Positions 1 to 60,799 of a stretch of 64,000 nt of DNA are shown one piece after another. The stretch spans positions 96,906,001-96,970,000 of the forward strand of contig NC_043005.1 of NCBI RefSeq assembly GCF_006345805.1. Direction: 5' to 3'. Under the pieces are notes generated by a model. The model was not told where the DNA came from, searched no databases, and saw only the letters and a program-made list of their open reading frames with translations. This stretch comes from Octopus sinensis. Taxonomy: Eukaryota. The position numbers and the translations under genes are program-made. Within the stretch, counting starts at the first letter, position 1, and every line of letters begins with the position of its first letter.

Positions 1-54
1 CAATTTAATTCCTCACAAATATATGTTACTTTACATATAATTTGTGTGTTAATT

Positions 55-930
55 CTATTTACTGAAACTTGTTAAAAAGCATATTTTGCTTTGAAGTAGT
101 ATCTCCTCGTAGATACAATTGTCAGTAATCATACTGTTTCCATTTCTCTCTGCCAATATATTTACATTAGCCTTCTTTCGAACTCTAGATAAAACTTGTT
201 CTTGTGCCTTGTTGCACGTCAAAGCAAAAGCTGGCTTGACAAGAAATCGTTTGCGTGTGAATGTGAATGGAAATTCCATTTCTTGAGATACATGTAATAT
301 TCATGGGATTAGCAGAGTTGATCATGCATAAGGACCGGAAACAACCTCAACCTCTATAACATGATCATGACACTGATGTAGCGTGTGCCTTTGCAATATC
401 CATTAGTAGCATATAAATTTCTCAGAAGCATTATGCAGCAATTTTTCTTCAGAATGCCTGATGGAAACCCTGGTGAGTACAGAGTTTCATTATCAACTGT
501 ATCAGAGCTTTTGTATATTTTTAGCTTACCAAGAATCCTGGTCAACTGAAAATAATTCACAAATTGTGCTGCTTCATTTGTTGGAGTAACGATGGTTCTA
601 TTTGCAAGCCACACAGCATTTGTGAAGTTATTTTTTAGGTCAGCATATATAAAATCTCATAGATTTAAAAGAGTACCACTTTCTACACAAAGGTCATTGA
701 ATAGCTTGATTTTGAATTCGCCTAGGCTTTGTTCAACAGAAATGTTACCATTTCCCACACTAAGAAGGTAATTAGCAAACTCTTTTATCTGAATGACCAT
801 CTGTAAGAAGTCTTAGATTGGTTGTCAACTCCACTACTTCCACGTGATCGGAAAGAAAAGATCTCCTTTAGTGTCGCATCAACAATTTGTGATCTGACAC
901 CATTAATTTGAAGTGGAATATCCTCCTCTC
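55..930 (-). mobile_element. Helitron-type PIF1 helicase C-terminal remnant (pseudogenised)
   Basis: Degenerate PIF1/Helitron motifs in order: RSQIVDATLK, VEVVELTTNLR, EFANYLLSVGNG, WLANRTIVTPTN, IMLLRNL...CKGTR, KPAFALTCNKAQEQ; frameshifts and stops. Confidence 0.85.
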
Positions 931-1157
931 GAGATACCCTAACCAGTCGGTCATGTGTAGCGGAAATAGAATCATGTCTACGCCTCCATGCATATTCAGG
1001 TATCTGTTTCCTGTTTCCTTTGCCCTGGTCTCATTTTTCTCTGTGTCGTTATGCCTTTGCTGTTAAATTTTCTTTTCTAGTCGCATATTTTTTGGACGCC
1101 CCATGTTGAATTACAAAATTCAAATGTGATATTTGTGTAATAACGAAATCAAACCTG

Positions 1158-1191
<34 letters not shown>

Positions 1192-1416
1192 ACATTAGAG
1201 AGATAGTGTGTGTGAGAGATAGGTGGGGGAGAGAGAAAACATCGCAAACATTGAATGAAAATAAACATGAAATGAAAAAATCATATAAGTGAAAGCTCGT
1301 TAAAAGCTATCTTGTTTAGCGTGCTAGAAATAGCAGCGATCACATAGTTATTATTGTAAGGCTTATAGCGTTCCAAGCAGCCATACAAACAAAATCACTT
1401 CTTCATTCAAAACATA

Positions 1417-1685
1417 ATTATACCGGTATAATAAAGAATTTTCATTTCATCAAAAATATTCATTTATCAAACTCCGGAAATTGATAATATTCTTGAAATT
1501 GTGCCTCGTATCAAAGTTATACAGCTATTTTGAAGAATACCACGCATTCACTCAACACAAAATGACTTAGAAATTATACCGGTATATCAATAAATTTTCA
1601 ATTTATCAAAAATATTTATTTAACAAACTCTGGAAACTGATAATATTCTTGAAATTGTGACTTATTTCAAAGTTATACAGCTATT
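1417..1685. repeat. Two ~112-bp direct repeats, period ~157 bp
   Basis: attataccggtata...gttatacagctatt at ~1417-1530 and ~1574-1685; possibly a Helitron-associated minisatellite (inference). Confidence 0.8.
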
Positions 1686-2715
1686 ATTTAATTATCCTAA
1701 ATAAAAGTAGAGGCGAGTGAGAATGCGGGACTGTTGGAAATAAAAACTTAAAATTTTGCCTGCAACGAATTAACATTGTTTATTATTAAACATTAAAATC
1801 TTTTCCGAAGTGAATGCAATGAATACTTAAATTTATGAAGAATTGGACGCAGTGAATGCAATGAGTATTAAAATTTGCGAGAATTTGGAGTTTAAAAAAT
1901 TCAATAAACTCCAGAAATCGAAATTATAGGAAATTTCTTAGAACATGAACTTATGAAAATATTTCCAGGCGGTCAAGCTTTTAATATTGCGTTCTTTTAG
2001 TACTCTTAGTAATTGTTACTTACCTAATTAATAAGCAGATTTCTCCATTATAGTACAGAAGATAGAATATTAGCAAAAGAGGCAGTATATATATCGCGAG
2101 GTAATATTTATTCCCACTTAAACGTGGATATTGTTTAGATGATCAACTTAGAATAAACTTAGAACACAGAGTAAAGTTTGTTATAACACAACATTCTCGT
2201 TTAAGTGAGAATAAATATTACCTCTCTTTATTGTAATTGTCGAACCTCTGGTGGCGAACCCTATTAATCACTGTGACTTGGAACACTGTCTAACTGTTTC
2301 CCCCTATCAATGAGTGTACCTAGCTGTTTGATATGACCCATTCTATAGCAAGCTATTACCGAATCAGTACTATTTGAGCTGATCCTAGCAAACTCTTTGT
2401 AATTCAGTTTTCTAACTCAGAATATCGGTTATATTTACCTCCGTAGGGTACCAGCTTTTTAGGTAAATGCATTCAGCAATCGTAAAGATTGTATGTCGGT
2501 CATGACCGATGGATCTTTAAGCAAACAGTCCTACGTCTTGTCCACACGACTGCATTTAACTTTCAACAGCCCACAGCGACATGCTACAACCAATGTAACA
2601 AATACCCCATATGTTATAACCTAAACATACGTCATAAAATATGACGTATAACTTAAGCCAGTTTCCTCTATGTTAATCTATGATATGTCATAAAATATTT
2701 CTTTATCATATATAT

Positions 2716-2870
2716 GCAGGTGTGGCTGTTTGGTAAGAAGCTTGCTTCCCAACCACATGGTTCTGGGTTCAGTACCATTGCATGGCACCTTGAGCAGGTG
2801 TCTTCATGTCTTATACTATAGCCTCGAGCCGACCAAAGCCCGGTTCGTGGATTTGGTAGACAGAAACTCT
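2716..2870 (+). mobile_element. tRNA-derived SINE with CORE-like domain (octopus OR2-like, from memory); other copies ~19450-19590 (+), 19745-19830 (-), 43960-44105 (-), 46320-46440 (-), 56091-56230 (+)
   Basis: A-box-like TGGCTGTTTGGTAAG, B-box-like GGGTTCAGTACC, then ggcaccttgagcaggtgtc (CORE-like); multiple diverged copies in the window. Confidence 0.75.
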
Positions 2871-4937
2871 TAATAAAAGAATAGCACATTTGAACAATGC
2901 AATACTTGTTTTACAAACGACAGAACCAGCCATGCTAAACAGCAAACACTTAAAATGTAAAAAAGCTAAAAAGCCAGCCATGATACCAGATCAAATATGG
3001 CTTGGTAACAAATACTCTGCGTTAGCTAATTGTTTCAAGAGCCTAAGTTGTTACTAGCAGACACTTTATCGGTATTCTCACCATTAACCCAGGTGAAATA
3101 TCCAGGATGTGACATCCGGGGAAGTGAGTGCACGAGCTGTAATGGTATTCATTATAGCCGAAGAGACTGGAACCATGTAAAAAAATACAACTCGTTCCTC
3201 GAGGACGACATAAAGCATCGGCCGCTCAAATGATTGATATTATGGCCTTGTTGTCATGAGGGAGACACCGAAAGCCTCTTGCCTTCAAAAGAGATTTAAG
3301 GTCGTAAAATATATGACGTCATATAATCACTCGTTGTAAAATCAGTGAATGTCGTAAATTTTGAAGCAATGTACACTACATTAGATAAAAAGCACAAATG
3401 AAGGAGAGCCAAAATAAGAGTGAGAGAGTGGTAGGGAGAGAGAGAAAGAGAGAGAAGGAGAGGGAGAAGAAGAGGGAAAGAGGATGGGAGAGAGAAGGGG
3501 AGAGAGAGGGAGCGAGAAAGAGAGGGACAGGGAGAGAGAGAGAGGGGGAGAGAGAAAGAGAGAGGGGGATAATGATAACCAACGATGGAAGTGCGGGTAA
3601 GGGACCGCTAAGAGGAAACAAAGATGAGGGAGAGAAAGGGAAAGACGAGCCAAAAGAATAAGCGAAAAGTAGGGGTAGAAAAAGAAGTTACTCATACACA
3701 CATTGCGATCTTTTTGATATTGCTCTAGCTTCATCTTTGTCGGGATGCTTGAGCCTGTTTTGCACCCATTCAGATTTACATGATGCAGTGCAGAAGCTCT
3801 GGGTTGTCGCCAAATTATTGCAACTTTCACCGTGAGCGAGTGAGTATGTATGTGCGCACGCGCATGTTTGTGTGTGTGTGTGTGAGTATATTTTTGTTTG
3901 CGTCTGTCTAACAGCAATTCAGCAAAAAAAAGAAGTATTCGGGTCGATTTGCTGAGGTGAACTCTTAAAGGCAATGCAGCAGCCTGACCACAGATCAATG
4001 ACTGAAGCGAGCAAAAGAGCAAAAGAGTAAACGAACAGATTAAGGGATGTAAAAAAGCGTGAAAGGAAAGAGACTGAAAGGGAATGAAAGAGAACAACGT
4101 ACTATGTTGGCAATGCCCCAGCATGGCCACAGCTCGTGAGCTGAAACTAGAGGAAATGAAATGAAAAATGTTGCGAATATAACTTGGAAGAGGGCTATTG
4201 GGCAAGACTGAGAGCGTTTTACTGAGGAAGACAAGCAGAAGGGGGGAAAGAGAAGCAGATATACACATAGGTAAATCTATAATAATAAACACGAAATTCT
4301 GTGTGTTCGTCCTCCGGGACTCAGTATCTCAGTCTACATTTACTCTATGTAGACATATTACACCTTTTTGGAATCAGAATGATCCTGGGATTGAAAATCT
4401 GCCCTTCATTTGGTTCTTGAACATCCAACACGAGGATCAAGTCTGGATGAGGGTTTCTTATATGCTAACAGTTGAAAATAAAAATTTAAAAGAACTCCAA
4501 AAATTTGTGAACTTACAAGTTTTTCATTTAAATTGAATTTAAAGTAATGCCATACTGGTAGGATAATACTATATCGGTAGGGTAGCAGTAAAGGATTTAT
4601 TATTATTATTGCTCTCATTAGCTTTGGGCCGCCGGCCAATTAACCCACCGCAGGAGCTAACCGTACGGAAAGCCGCTTTTAGGCTAATATTTAATAAAAG
4701 AGATCGAAAGATTAACAGCCAGAGAAAAACAAATGAGATAGACTACTTAGAGACACAGAGACAGTGACTGAGAGCAATAGATAGACAAAAGCGAGTGAAA
4801 AGAAAGAAAGATAGCAGAAGAGAGAAGGAAAGAGAGAGAGAGAGAGGATGAGGGGAAGAGAGACGAGAATTTAAGGAGAAAAAGAGAATATATATGTGTG
4901 TAAGAATGCAAAAATAAAATTATGAGAATTTACTAAC

Positions 4938-52297
<47,360 letters not shown>

Positions 52298-52443
52298 AAT
52301 GAGAAGGAATGCGATTCAGAAATATCTCCACAAAAGCTAGAACTGAAATACTGAAACGAAACAAAGAGAAAAAAACAACATTAATCGAAGCCTGATATAC
52401 ATATGTGGGTGCATGCGTGCGCGCTTGTGTGTATGTGTGTGTG

Positions 52444-52543
52444 NNNNNNNNNNNNNNNNNNNNNNNNNNNNNNNNNNNNNNNNNNNNNNNNNNNNNNNNN
52501 NNNNNNNNNNNNNNNNNNNNNNNNNNNNNNNNNNNNNNNNNNN
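52444..52543. other. Assembly gap (100 N)
   Basis: Run of exactly 100 n between (GT)n and (TA)n. Confidence 0.99.
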
Positions 52544-52555
52544 TGTATATATATA

Positions 52556-52645
<90 letters not shown>

Positions 52646-52837
52646 TAATCTAAACATGAAAACACAAAGAGAAGACACAACAACGCGAGGACGTGGAACA
52701 AGTATAGTGTTATTGGACGATCAGGAAAGGAGAGAGAGATCGAGCGGAGATCTTCGTCAGAAACATACGAAAAGGAAAGATCCAAGGAAGGGAAGACGGA
52801 GGAAAAAATCGCCAACAATACACACGCGGTCACACGT

Positions 52838-52902
<65 letters not shown>

Positions 52903-52910
52903 ATCCCATA

Positions 52911-54185
52911 AAGTCATCCCATAAGTTCTGTCCGAATTTTGAATAAAGAAAACAAGTGATCAAATGTTATGTTTAATTGAAATTTAATCATCAATGTACT
53001 TTCCCTGATTATCTATGACTTCCTTCCATCTATTTACAAGCTTCTTAATCTCATCAATGTAAAACTCTATTGATTTGAAAGTGAAGAGCTCTGAAATGCC
53101 AGTTTCGACCTCCTCCTAGCTTGCAAAAGTTATGTTCCCTAAATGATTTAGTAAACTACGAAACAAATGGTAGTCTGAAGGAGCAAGGTCGGGAAAATAA
53201 GGTGGATGAGGAATTTTTTCCCAATCAAGCTCTTCGATCTTCTGTGATGTGATCTTTGCAGTGTGGGGTCACGCATTGTCCTGATGAAACATCACCCCTT
53301 TTCGATTCACTAAAGTGAGTCTTTTTTTTTCTTTAAAGCTTGGTTCAAGCGCTCTAATTACTGATAGTAGACTTGAGCATTGATTGTTGCATTACGTGGT
53401 AACAATTTAAAGTGAATTACTCCTTTACAATCCCACCAGTTAGAGAGGAACTTTTTTCCATGAAATTCCCTTCTCAGTTGTGGTTGAGCTTTTTCCCTTT
53501 TACCAAGCCACTGTTTACGACGTTTAACATTTCGATAGAAGACCCATTTTTCGTCACCAGTCACAAGTCTATAAAAATTAGTTCGCAAGGATGGAGAGAA
53601 GAGCAGATGTCAACTCGGGATTTGCGGTTGCTTTCGGACAATTCATGAGGCACTCATTTACCAAGTTTAGGAACCTTTCCAAGTTGTTGAAGATGACGAT
53701 GAACAGTTGTATGGTTTGAGCTAAGCTTTATTGCCAATTCTTCAACTGATAATGCAGGATTTTCTTTGCGTAATGATTCAACGAGCTTATCATCAAACTC
53801 AACTGGACGTCCTTTTCGATCTTCATCTTCAAGGCTGAAATCTCCACTTCTGAATTTTGCAAACGAACTTCTGCAAGTTCTTTCATTCAAGCATTCTTTC
53901 CCATAAACTGAGTGTATGTTTCGAGTCACTTCGACTGCAGAGTTTCCTTTTTTGTACTCATAAAGCGTTATGTGCCTTCAATGCTCTTTGGATACTTCCA
54001 TGTTAGAAAGGGTTTTAATCAAAGAAATTTTAATTCTATTATTCTGTAAAATAATATTTAATTAGTTTAAATGTACACAAATGCATAAAAATAATTTTAA
54101 ATGCCATTAGACATTCTAAAATACTATTAAATTTCATTCAATTTTAAAAAAGGTAAAATCGGACAGAACTTATGGGATGACCTGA
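52911..54185 (-). mobile_element. Full-length (~1.28 kb) decayed mariner element
   Basis: TIR core GTCATCCCATAAGTTCTGTCCGA at 52913-52935 and inverted at 54159-54181; transposase from ATG 54001 to TAA 52986-52984 with WVPHEL, VTGDEKW and C-terminal LVNRWKEVIDNQGKY; stops and frameshifts. Confidence 0.93.
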
Positions 54186-54189
54186 TATA

Positions 54190-54220
54190 TTAGGTTGTTC
54201 CGAAAATAATGACCGATTTC
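54190..54220. mobile_element. Mariner-type terminal inverted repeat of a second element (partner end not found)
   Basis: TA|TTAGGTTGTTCCGAAAATAATGACCGATTTC resembles an Hsmar1-type TIR start. Confidence 0.55.
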
Positions 54221-54663
54221 AGAAACAATTTTATTCTGGAAAAATTAACAATAGAAATGTTTTGATTATCTAAAAATGACATTTTCTTTTTGTTTATTAA
54301 AGAAAGTGAAACGCAGTAGTTGGAACCCTTCCAAATGTGACGATACCTTGTAACAAATGAAAATTTTATTCAATGGACTTAGTTGTTTTCCCTCGCTTCA
54401 CTAATATCCAGCTGTGTGCAACAGCAAGACCTTGTTCGCTATCTGTCAGAGATCTGTGTGTATTTATAGACTTGGTGTGTGTATGTGTTAATGAAACCTC
54501 GTTATTTTAATGTGAGGCAAAAATAGTAAAGCTCTACACTAAATATTTTCTAGTAGTTAGTCTCGCATCTCAATGTCCTCACATGACATATCACCGATAT
54601 AAATAAACACTTATAAGTTTTATTTCGAACGGATATTTCAAAACAGATTATATCTGTTAAATA

Positions 54664-55125
54664 CGAGGTGATACTCAAAAGAAACCGGAATTTTGCAATA
54701 TTATTTTATTCACTTGGTTTTACATGTTGACACTTTTATCGCCTTCAAAGTATTCTCCATTCGAAGCAATGCATAGCGCCAGACCCGTTTTCCACTCTTC
54801 GAAGCAGTGCTGGAACTCTTGCGAAGTGATGATTTTTAACTCCTCCATCGTTTGTTTCTCCACCTCTTCCACATCTGCAAATTCCGTAGCACCAGCTTTT
54901 GTCACCAGTGATGACCTTCGAAAAAAGGTCAGGATCAACTTCCAACTGTCAACGACACGCATTCAATCGTGACTGCTTTTGTTTTTCCGTGAGCAAGCGA
55001 AGCACAAATTTTGCTGAAACTCTTTTCATTCGCAATTCCTCGCTCAAAATTCGTTGGCAAGAGTTCCAGAACACACCAATCATATCAACAAGTTCGTCAA
55101 TTGTTCGGTGACGGTCCTCCAGGAT
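54664..55125 (-). mobile_element. Third mariner remnant, internally deleted and truncated next to a SINE 5' fragment (~55134-55208)
   Basis: TA|CGAGG.. TIR; SEELRMKRVSAKFV, VITGDKSWCYG fused directly to FADVEEVEKQTMEEL..CIASNGEYFEGD. Confidence 0.85.
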
Positions 55126-55849
55126 CACTTCATGAATTTGAACTGAGAACGGACAAAATGCCGCTAAGCATTTCGGCCGGCGCGCTAAAGATTCTGCCAG
55201 CTCACCACTTTACTTTTCCTAGTAATTTAAAAGAAATATCATCATCATCATTATTCGACCGTGGTCGAGACTTTCATAGTCTTTTCAAATGGCTAATAAT
55301 GTGTGCGCGCGCCACTACTACACACATTGGAAAGCATTGTACAACCAAGTACTAAAGAAGATCTTTCCTCCTCCATGAAACAAAGCTGTTCCCGCTGGAC
55401 GCCAACCCAGTATTTCTAAGCTACGAACCCAGTGATTTATTGTAAGGTTATCTCCCTAGATAGATTGCCTTCACTACGGCTAAGGAGCCCTTTCTACCCC
55501 ATGAAATATAATAGCGTCACTCTTTGTTCATTTAGAACATCACCACACTCCACCCCACCGCCACCGTATACTTTTCTTTAGTCTTTCTCAGAGCTGCAGT
55601 AACAGTCAGACCAGTTTATCTCATAGGATATGGCTAAGTTCTTTGCCTCTTGGGAAGCCAGACGAGATGGACAATTTAACAAGTTTAATGTAATAAATAC
55701 CGTTTCCAACTCATTAAAATGACCAGCACATTAGCAAAGAAAGACAGAAGAAATACATGAATGCAAATTATATTGTCTTCCATTTATAAAGTGAATGGTG
55801 GTGGTTTTGATTAATGAGTGTGTTTGCGTGTGTATATATATATATATAT

Positions 55850-56050
55850 CAGTGCTTTTCAAACTTTTTGCTGAAGCGGAACCCCAAGTACACATTCCAC
55901 TGGCTCGAGGAACCCCTGTGCAATAATTTAATAGTCTTATGCACACATATCTGCATGGGAAAATTAAAAATTACTGTCGATTTTAGCAGTTTTGTAACTT
56001 CTTGCGGAACCCCTGGACTGTACTGGCGGAACCCTGGTTGAAAACCACTG
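55850..56050. mobile_element. hAT (Charlie-like) MITE, 201 bp, in (TA)n
   Basis: TIRs CAGTGCTTTTCAA / TTGAAAACCACTG; 8-bp ATATATAT flanks. Confidence 0.85.
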
Positions 56051-56288
56051 ATATATATATATATATATATGTATATATAGGTATATGCATGGGTGTTTGG
56101 TAAGAAGGTTGCCTCTCAACTAGATGGTGCCGGGCTCGGTCACACTGCATAGCATACTTCTACTATAGCCTAGGGCCTGCCTTTTGAGTGGGTTTGCTAA
56201 ACGGAAACTGGAAGAAGCCTGTCATGTATATATATATATTATATATAATTATAAAAAACCGTTTTCATATATATATATATATATATAT

Positions 56289-57012
56289 ACATCCGAAAAC
56301 AGTTTTTAATAATGATATAATGTACCCATTAGTCAATTAAAGAATTCGTTGTAAACAGCTGTAATGAATTGACATCTATCCATCGTTTGTTATTTATTTA
56401 TATAAATACATGGCTGTGTATGTGTGTGTGTGTGTTTGTGTCTGTGTTTGTCCCTCACCACCGCTTGACAACCGGTGCTGGTGTGTTTATGTCTCCGTAA
56501 CTTAGTGGTTAAAGAGACGGATAGAATAAGAATCAAGCTTAAAAAAGTAAGTACTGAGGGTCGATCCGTTCTACTAAAATCCTTCAAGGTGGTCGCAGTC
56601 CAATAGCTTAAACAAATAAAAGAGTAAAAGAATATATATATAATATATATACATCCGAAAACAGTTTTAATAATGATATATGTACCCATTAGTCAATTAA
56701 AGAATTCGTTGTAAACAGCTGTAATGAATTGACATCTATCCATCGTTTGTTATTTATTTATATAAATACATGGCTGTGTATGTGTGTGTGTGTGTTTGTT
56801 TGTGTTTGTGTTTGTTTGTGTCTGTGTTTGTCCCTCACCACCGCTTGACAACCGGTGCTGGTGTGTTTATGTCTCCGTAACTTAGTGGTTAAAGAGACGG
56901 ATAGAATAAGAATCAAGCTTAAAAAAGTAAGTACTGAGGGTCGATCCGTTCTACTAAAATCCTTCAAGGTGGTCGCAGTCCAATAGCTTAAACAAATAAA
57001 AGAGTAAAAGAA
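56289..57012. repeat. Near-identical tandem duplication, period ~360 bp, bounded by (TA)n
   Basis: 56289-56632 vs 56650-57012 differ mainly in microsatellite length. Confidence 0.92.
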
Positions 57013-57267
57013 TATATATATATATATATATATTCTGTATTCTTTTATTCTTTTACTTGTTTCAGTCATTTGACTGCGGCCATACTGGAGCACTACCTTT
57101 AATCAGGGAAATCGACCCCAGGACTTATTCTTTGTTAGCCTAGTACTTATTCTATGAGTCTCTTTTGCCGAACCGTTAAGTTTCGTGGACGTAAACACAC
57201 CAAAATCGGTTGTCAAGCGGGAAACAAGCGCAGACACACACACACAAATACATACACACACACACAC

Positions 57268-57325
<58 letters not shown>

Positions 57326-57544
57326 GTTCAACAAATTCGTTCATATTTATGCAATGGAGGAGAATTAGATGGTAAAATGGATTATACTTTTTATTATTCG
57401 TGTTACTATACAATTTTTTCATACAAAAAGTCTCAGATATTCATAATAGAAATCGGAAAAGTCAAATGTATATTCGTCGGTAGCTAGGATAAAAGCTAAA
57501 AAAGACGTTAGAAGTACATAGATTTTTCCCTTATTAATCATATT

Positions 57545-57625
57545 GTAATAATTTGCTCTTGGAGTCATGCCTATTTTAAACGAGTCTTGTTTAAAATAGG
57601 CATAACACCAAGAACAAATTATTAC
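57545..57625 (-). other. 81-nt hairpin: 37-bp arms, 7-nt loop
   Basis: Three mismatches; on the minus strand two of them become G-U pairs. Confidence 0.7.
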
Positions 57626-57717
57626 ACTGAAAACTGCACTGAAAATCTGTTCAGAAGTTAACACTGCAACAGTATTCATTAAGAGAAACTACAGGAACAT
57701 TCGTCGTTCGCTTAAAA

Positions 57718-57729
57718 CCAATGACGTCA
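57718..57729. promoter_or_regulatory. Perfect CRE palindrome TGACGTCA overlapping CCAAT; candidate promoter element
   Basis: CCAATGACGTCA in unique sequence ~5.4 kb upstream of coding exon 1; motif match only. Confidence 0.3.
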
Positions 57730-57992
57730 CCAAAAAATTCTTTTCGACCCTTTAGAATTGGAAGTTTTGAAAAGTAAAATTTTGCTCTATGTAGCTTGTT
57801 ATTCTCTTTAAGTGAACCACAAAATACTCAAATGATTCTTCAACACCACTCAATGATTTTATTGTTTTTATATTTTATATGTATATATACATACACACGC
57901 ACACATATAAACGTATATATACATATATATATATAATATATATATATATATATAATATATTCATCTCTCATACGTCCTAACTTTTTATGGTT

Positions 57993-58042
<50 letters not shown>

Positions 58043-58072
58043 TATGTGTGTGTGTGTGTGTGTGTGCGTGTG

Positions 58073-58119
<47 letters not shown>

Positions 58120-58273
58120 TATATATATATATATATCTTGTATTTCGGAATGGTCATTTTGCCAGTTTAGCCAATAAGAACACACGCACTATATATTTGG
58201 TGTTACTTTGCTTCAGTGTTATTTATTTTTTACATTAATCTTAATCTTATTTCGGCCAGTAAAACGGACAGTA

Positions 58274-58496
58274 AGCATAATTAAATCTCAGAATGAGATT
58301 GAAATGACCTCCCTTTGCAAATACTCCAAGGGCACTGATATTGTGTCTAAAGCCAGCTAGAGACGAGGATCTCTTGGGGTTATAAAGCTACAGTAACACC
58401 CCCTCCCCAATGTGGTTAGCCATGATAAGATGGCTTCTATACTTAACATTATCGAGCGATTACTGTTTCAATCTCATTCTGGGATTTAATTATGCT
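58274..58496. mobile_element. MITE-like element with 31-bp inverted repeats (1 mismatch)
   Basis: 58274-58304 vs 58466-58496. Confidence 0.7.
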
Positions 58497-59549
58497 ATAT
58501 ATATATAGTTTCGACAAAAGAGACCTATAGAATAAGTAACAGACCTAAGATATAAGAATTGAGGACCATTTATTCAACTAGAATTCTACAAGGCGGTGCC
58601 CCAGCATGGGGCAGTCCAATGACTGAAGCAAGTAGATGAACGATATATATATATATGCAAACACACACATACACTCACATGTGTATGTACCTACGCATGT
58701 ATGTATGTATGTATGTATGTATGTATGTATGTTATGTATGTATGTATGTTATGTACATGCACTTGTCTATTCATATGGGCAAAGTGATATCATTTACCAC
58801 TTATCAACAGCCTCCTACACACGGATGTATCAATATACACCTACATCAACATAAATTGATACTTGATGCAGCAGTCTAAATAGATTGTGATGAAACATAC
58901 TATTAACAGACGCGCGCGCACATGCACGCACACACACACACACACATACTCACACACACACAAAGAGACATATACACGCACACATTCACACGGACATGTA
59001 TGTATGTGTGTGTGTCTATATACACACACACACAAACACACACACACACACAAACACATACACACACACTTATATACATACACACATATGCATAAGGCCT
59101 TTAAAACACTCAACCACATGTTTCTTCTAAGTTTTGCTTGCGCGCAAACGCACATATACGGACAGAGAATGGCTCACAAATACGCATACGCAGCGTATTT
59201 ATGTGTGTGTGTGTGTGTCTGTGAGAGAGAGTGAGAGAAAGAGAGGGAGAAAAACGTGTTCATATGTACGTGTGTACATATACTGTGTTTCACGAAGACA
59301 TCCATGTACTATGCTACTATATTGTTTCAAATTCTGCTCACCCTTATATATCTTACGCACAAACGCGCACATGCATACGCACACACACACACACACACAG
59401 ACACACACGCACACGCACACACACATGCTCTGATACTGACATACGCATACAACCTTGAACACACATGCATTCTTGGAAACACTTGCACACATTTCAGACA
59501 CGTTCTCATCCTCTTCTCACATATCTTCATACTTGTTCTCTCTCTCTCC

Positions 59550-59618
<69 letters not shown>

Positions 59619-60712
59619 TCACTCACACACACACACTCACACACACACACCACACTCTCTCTCTCTCACACACACACACACTCACACACACACACTCACA
59701 CTCACACACTGACACACACACACTCGCACACACACACGCACACTCGCACATAAAACATACACAGACACACTATCCATATCTACTTAACATATGTATATGC
59801 ATAAACACATAAATACACACAGTTATACATGCAACCCCCCCCCACCATTTCTCTGTTACATAGACTTTCTCTTTTATTCTCTTATATATACATATATACA
59901 TATACTCACTTGCACGCATATAATTCACACACACACACACACCGCACACACACACACATATACATACGTATATGTGTGTGTGTATGTATATATGTAAATT
60001 TACACACATTCATAGACGTGTACACATATTCACACACGTACACACATACAGGCGTAGGCACATACGGATACAAACTCACACGCACATATACAGATATGCA
60101 CACACACGCATACACAAATATTCACATACGAACTCCAGCTTATTATATACCCGCCCCTCTTTTACTAACGATAATCTACACTAACATACACATATACACC
60201 CTCAAAAAAAGACAAACAAAAGAACAAAAAATTTAAAAATATAATAAAAACGATACCAAGCATTAGCCACCCTTATACACCCTTACCATACCGACTACCC
60301 TCTTATTTCTGGCCTATTTTTTCAGCTACAGTCGTAAGACAATTGGGTATAGAAAGGAAATATGAATTTTTTTTACAGTCTGTCCTGTGCAAGAAGTGCG
60401 CTAGTATGCAAAAGAGAAGCGCTGCATAGTGTAACGGGAAGTGTGCAAATGCACAGTGTTTTATAGTGCACATGTAGTATGCAGTGTCTAGTGTGCAGTT
60501 TGTAGCGTGCAGTGTTAACTATGCAGTTTGTGGTGTGCAACCTGTACTGTGTACCGTTTCACATCAGTGTAATAGTAACAAAACCGCGCCATTACATTGT
60601 TTCACAAATTTTAAGTTAACGGTTTCGGGTTTCTTATCCAATCTATTTTCTGTAATATTTCTTCTTTCATTCTTTAATTCTTTCACTCGTTCATTTTCAA
60701 AAAAAAAAAATA

Positions 60713-60752
<40 letters not shown>

Positions 60753-60799
60753 TTTAAGCACAATTTTTTAAAACAAATTTCAACCTTTAGTAAACAGTG

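Noticed and set aside
2018-2070. Minus-strand TTAATTAG|GTAAGT as a further collagen microexon or recursive splice site
   Set aside because: Weak acceptor, non-collagen-like peptide, no independent support
52325-52345. TTCTAGCTTTTGTGG in the 5' UTR resembles the 3' arm of the vertebrate collagen I 5' stem-loop
   Set aside because: Short match, no complementary arm nearby, probably chance
52720-52775. Minus-strand CTGACGA-AGATC/GATCT stem
   Set aside because: No GAAA after stem II; incomplete
53412-55111. Plus-strand ORFs 53412..53648, 54724..54972 and 54899..55111
   Set aside because: Antisense to mariner transposase remnants
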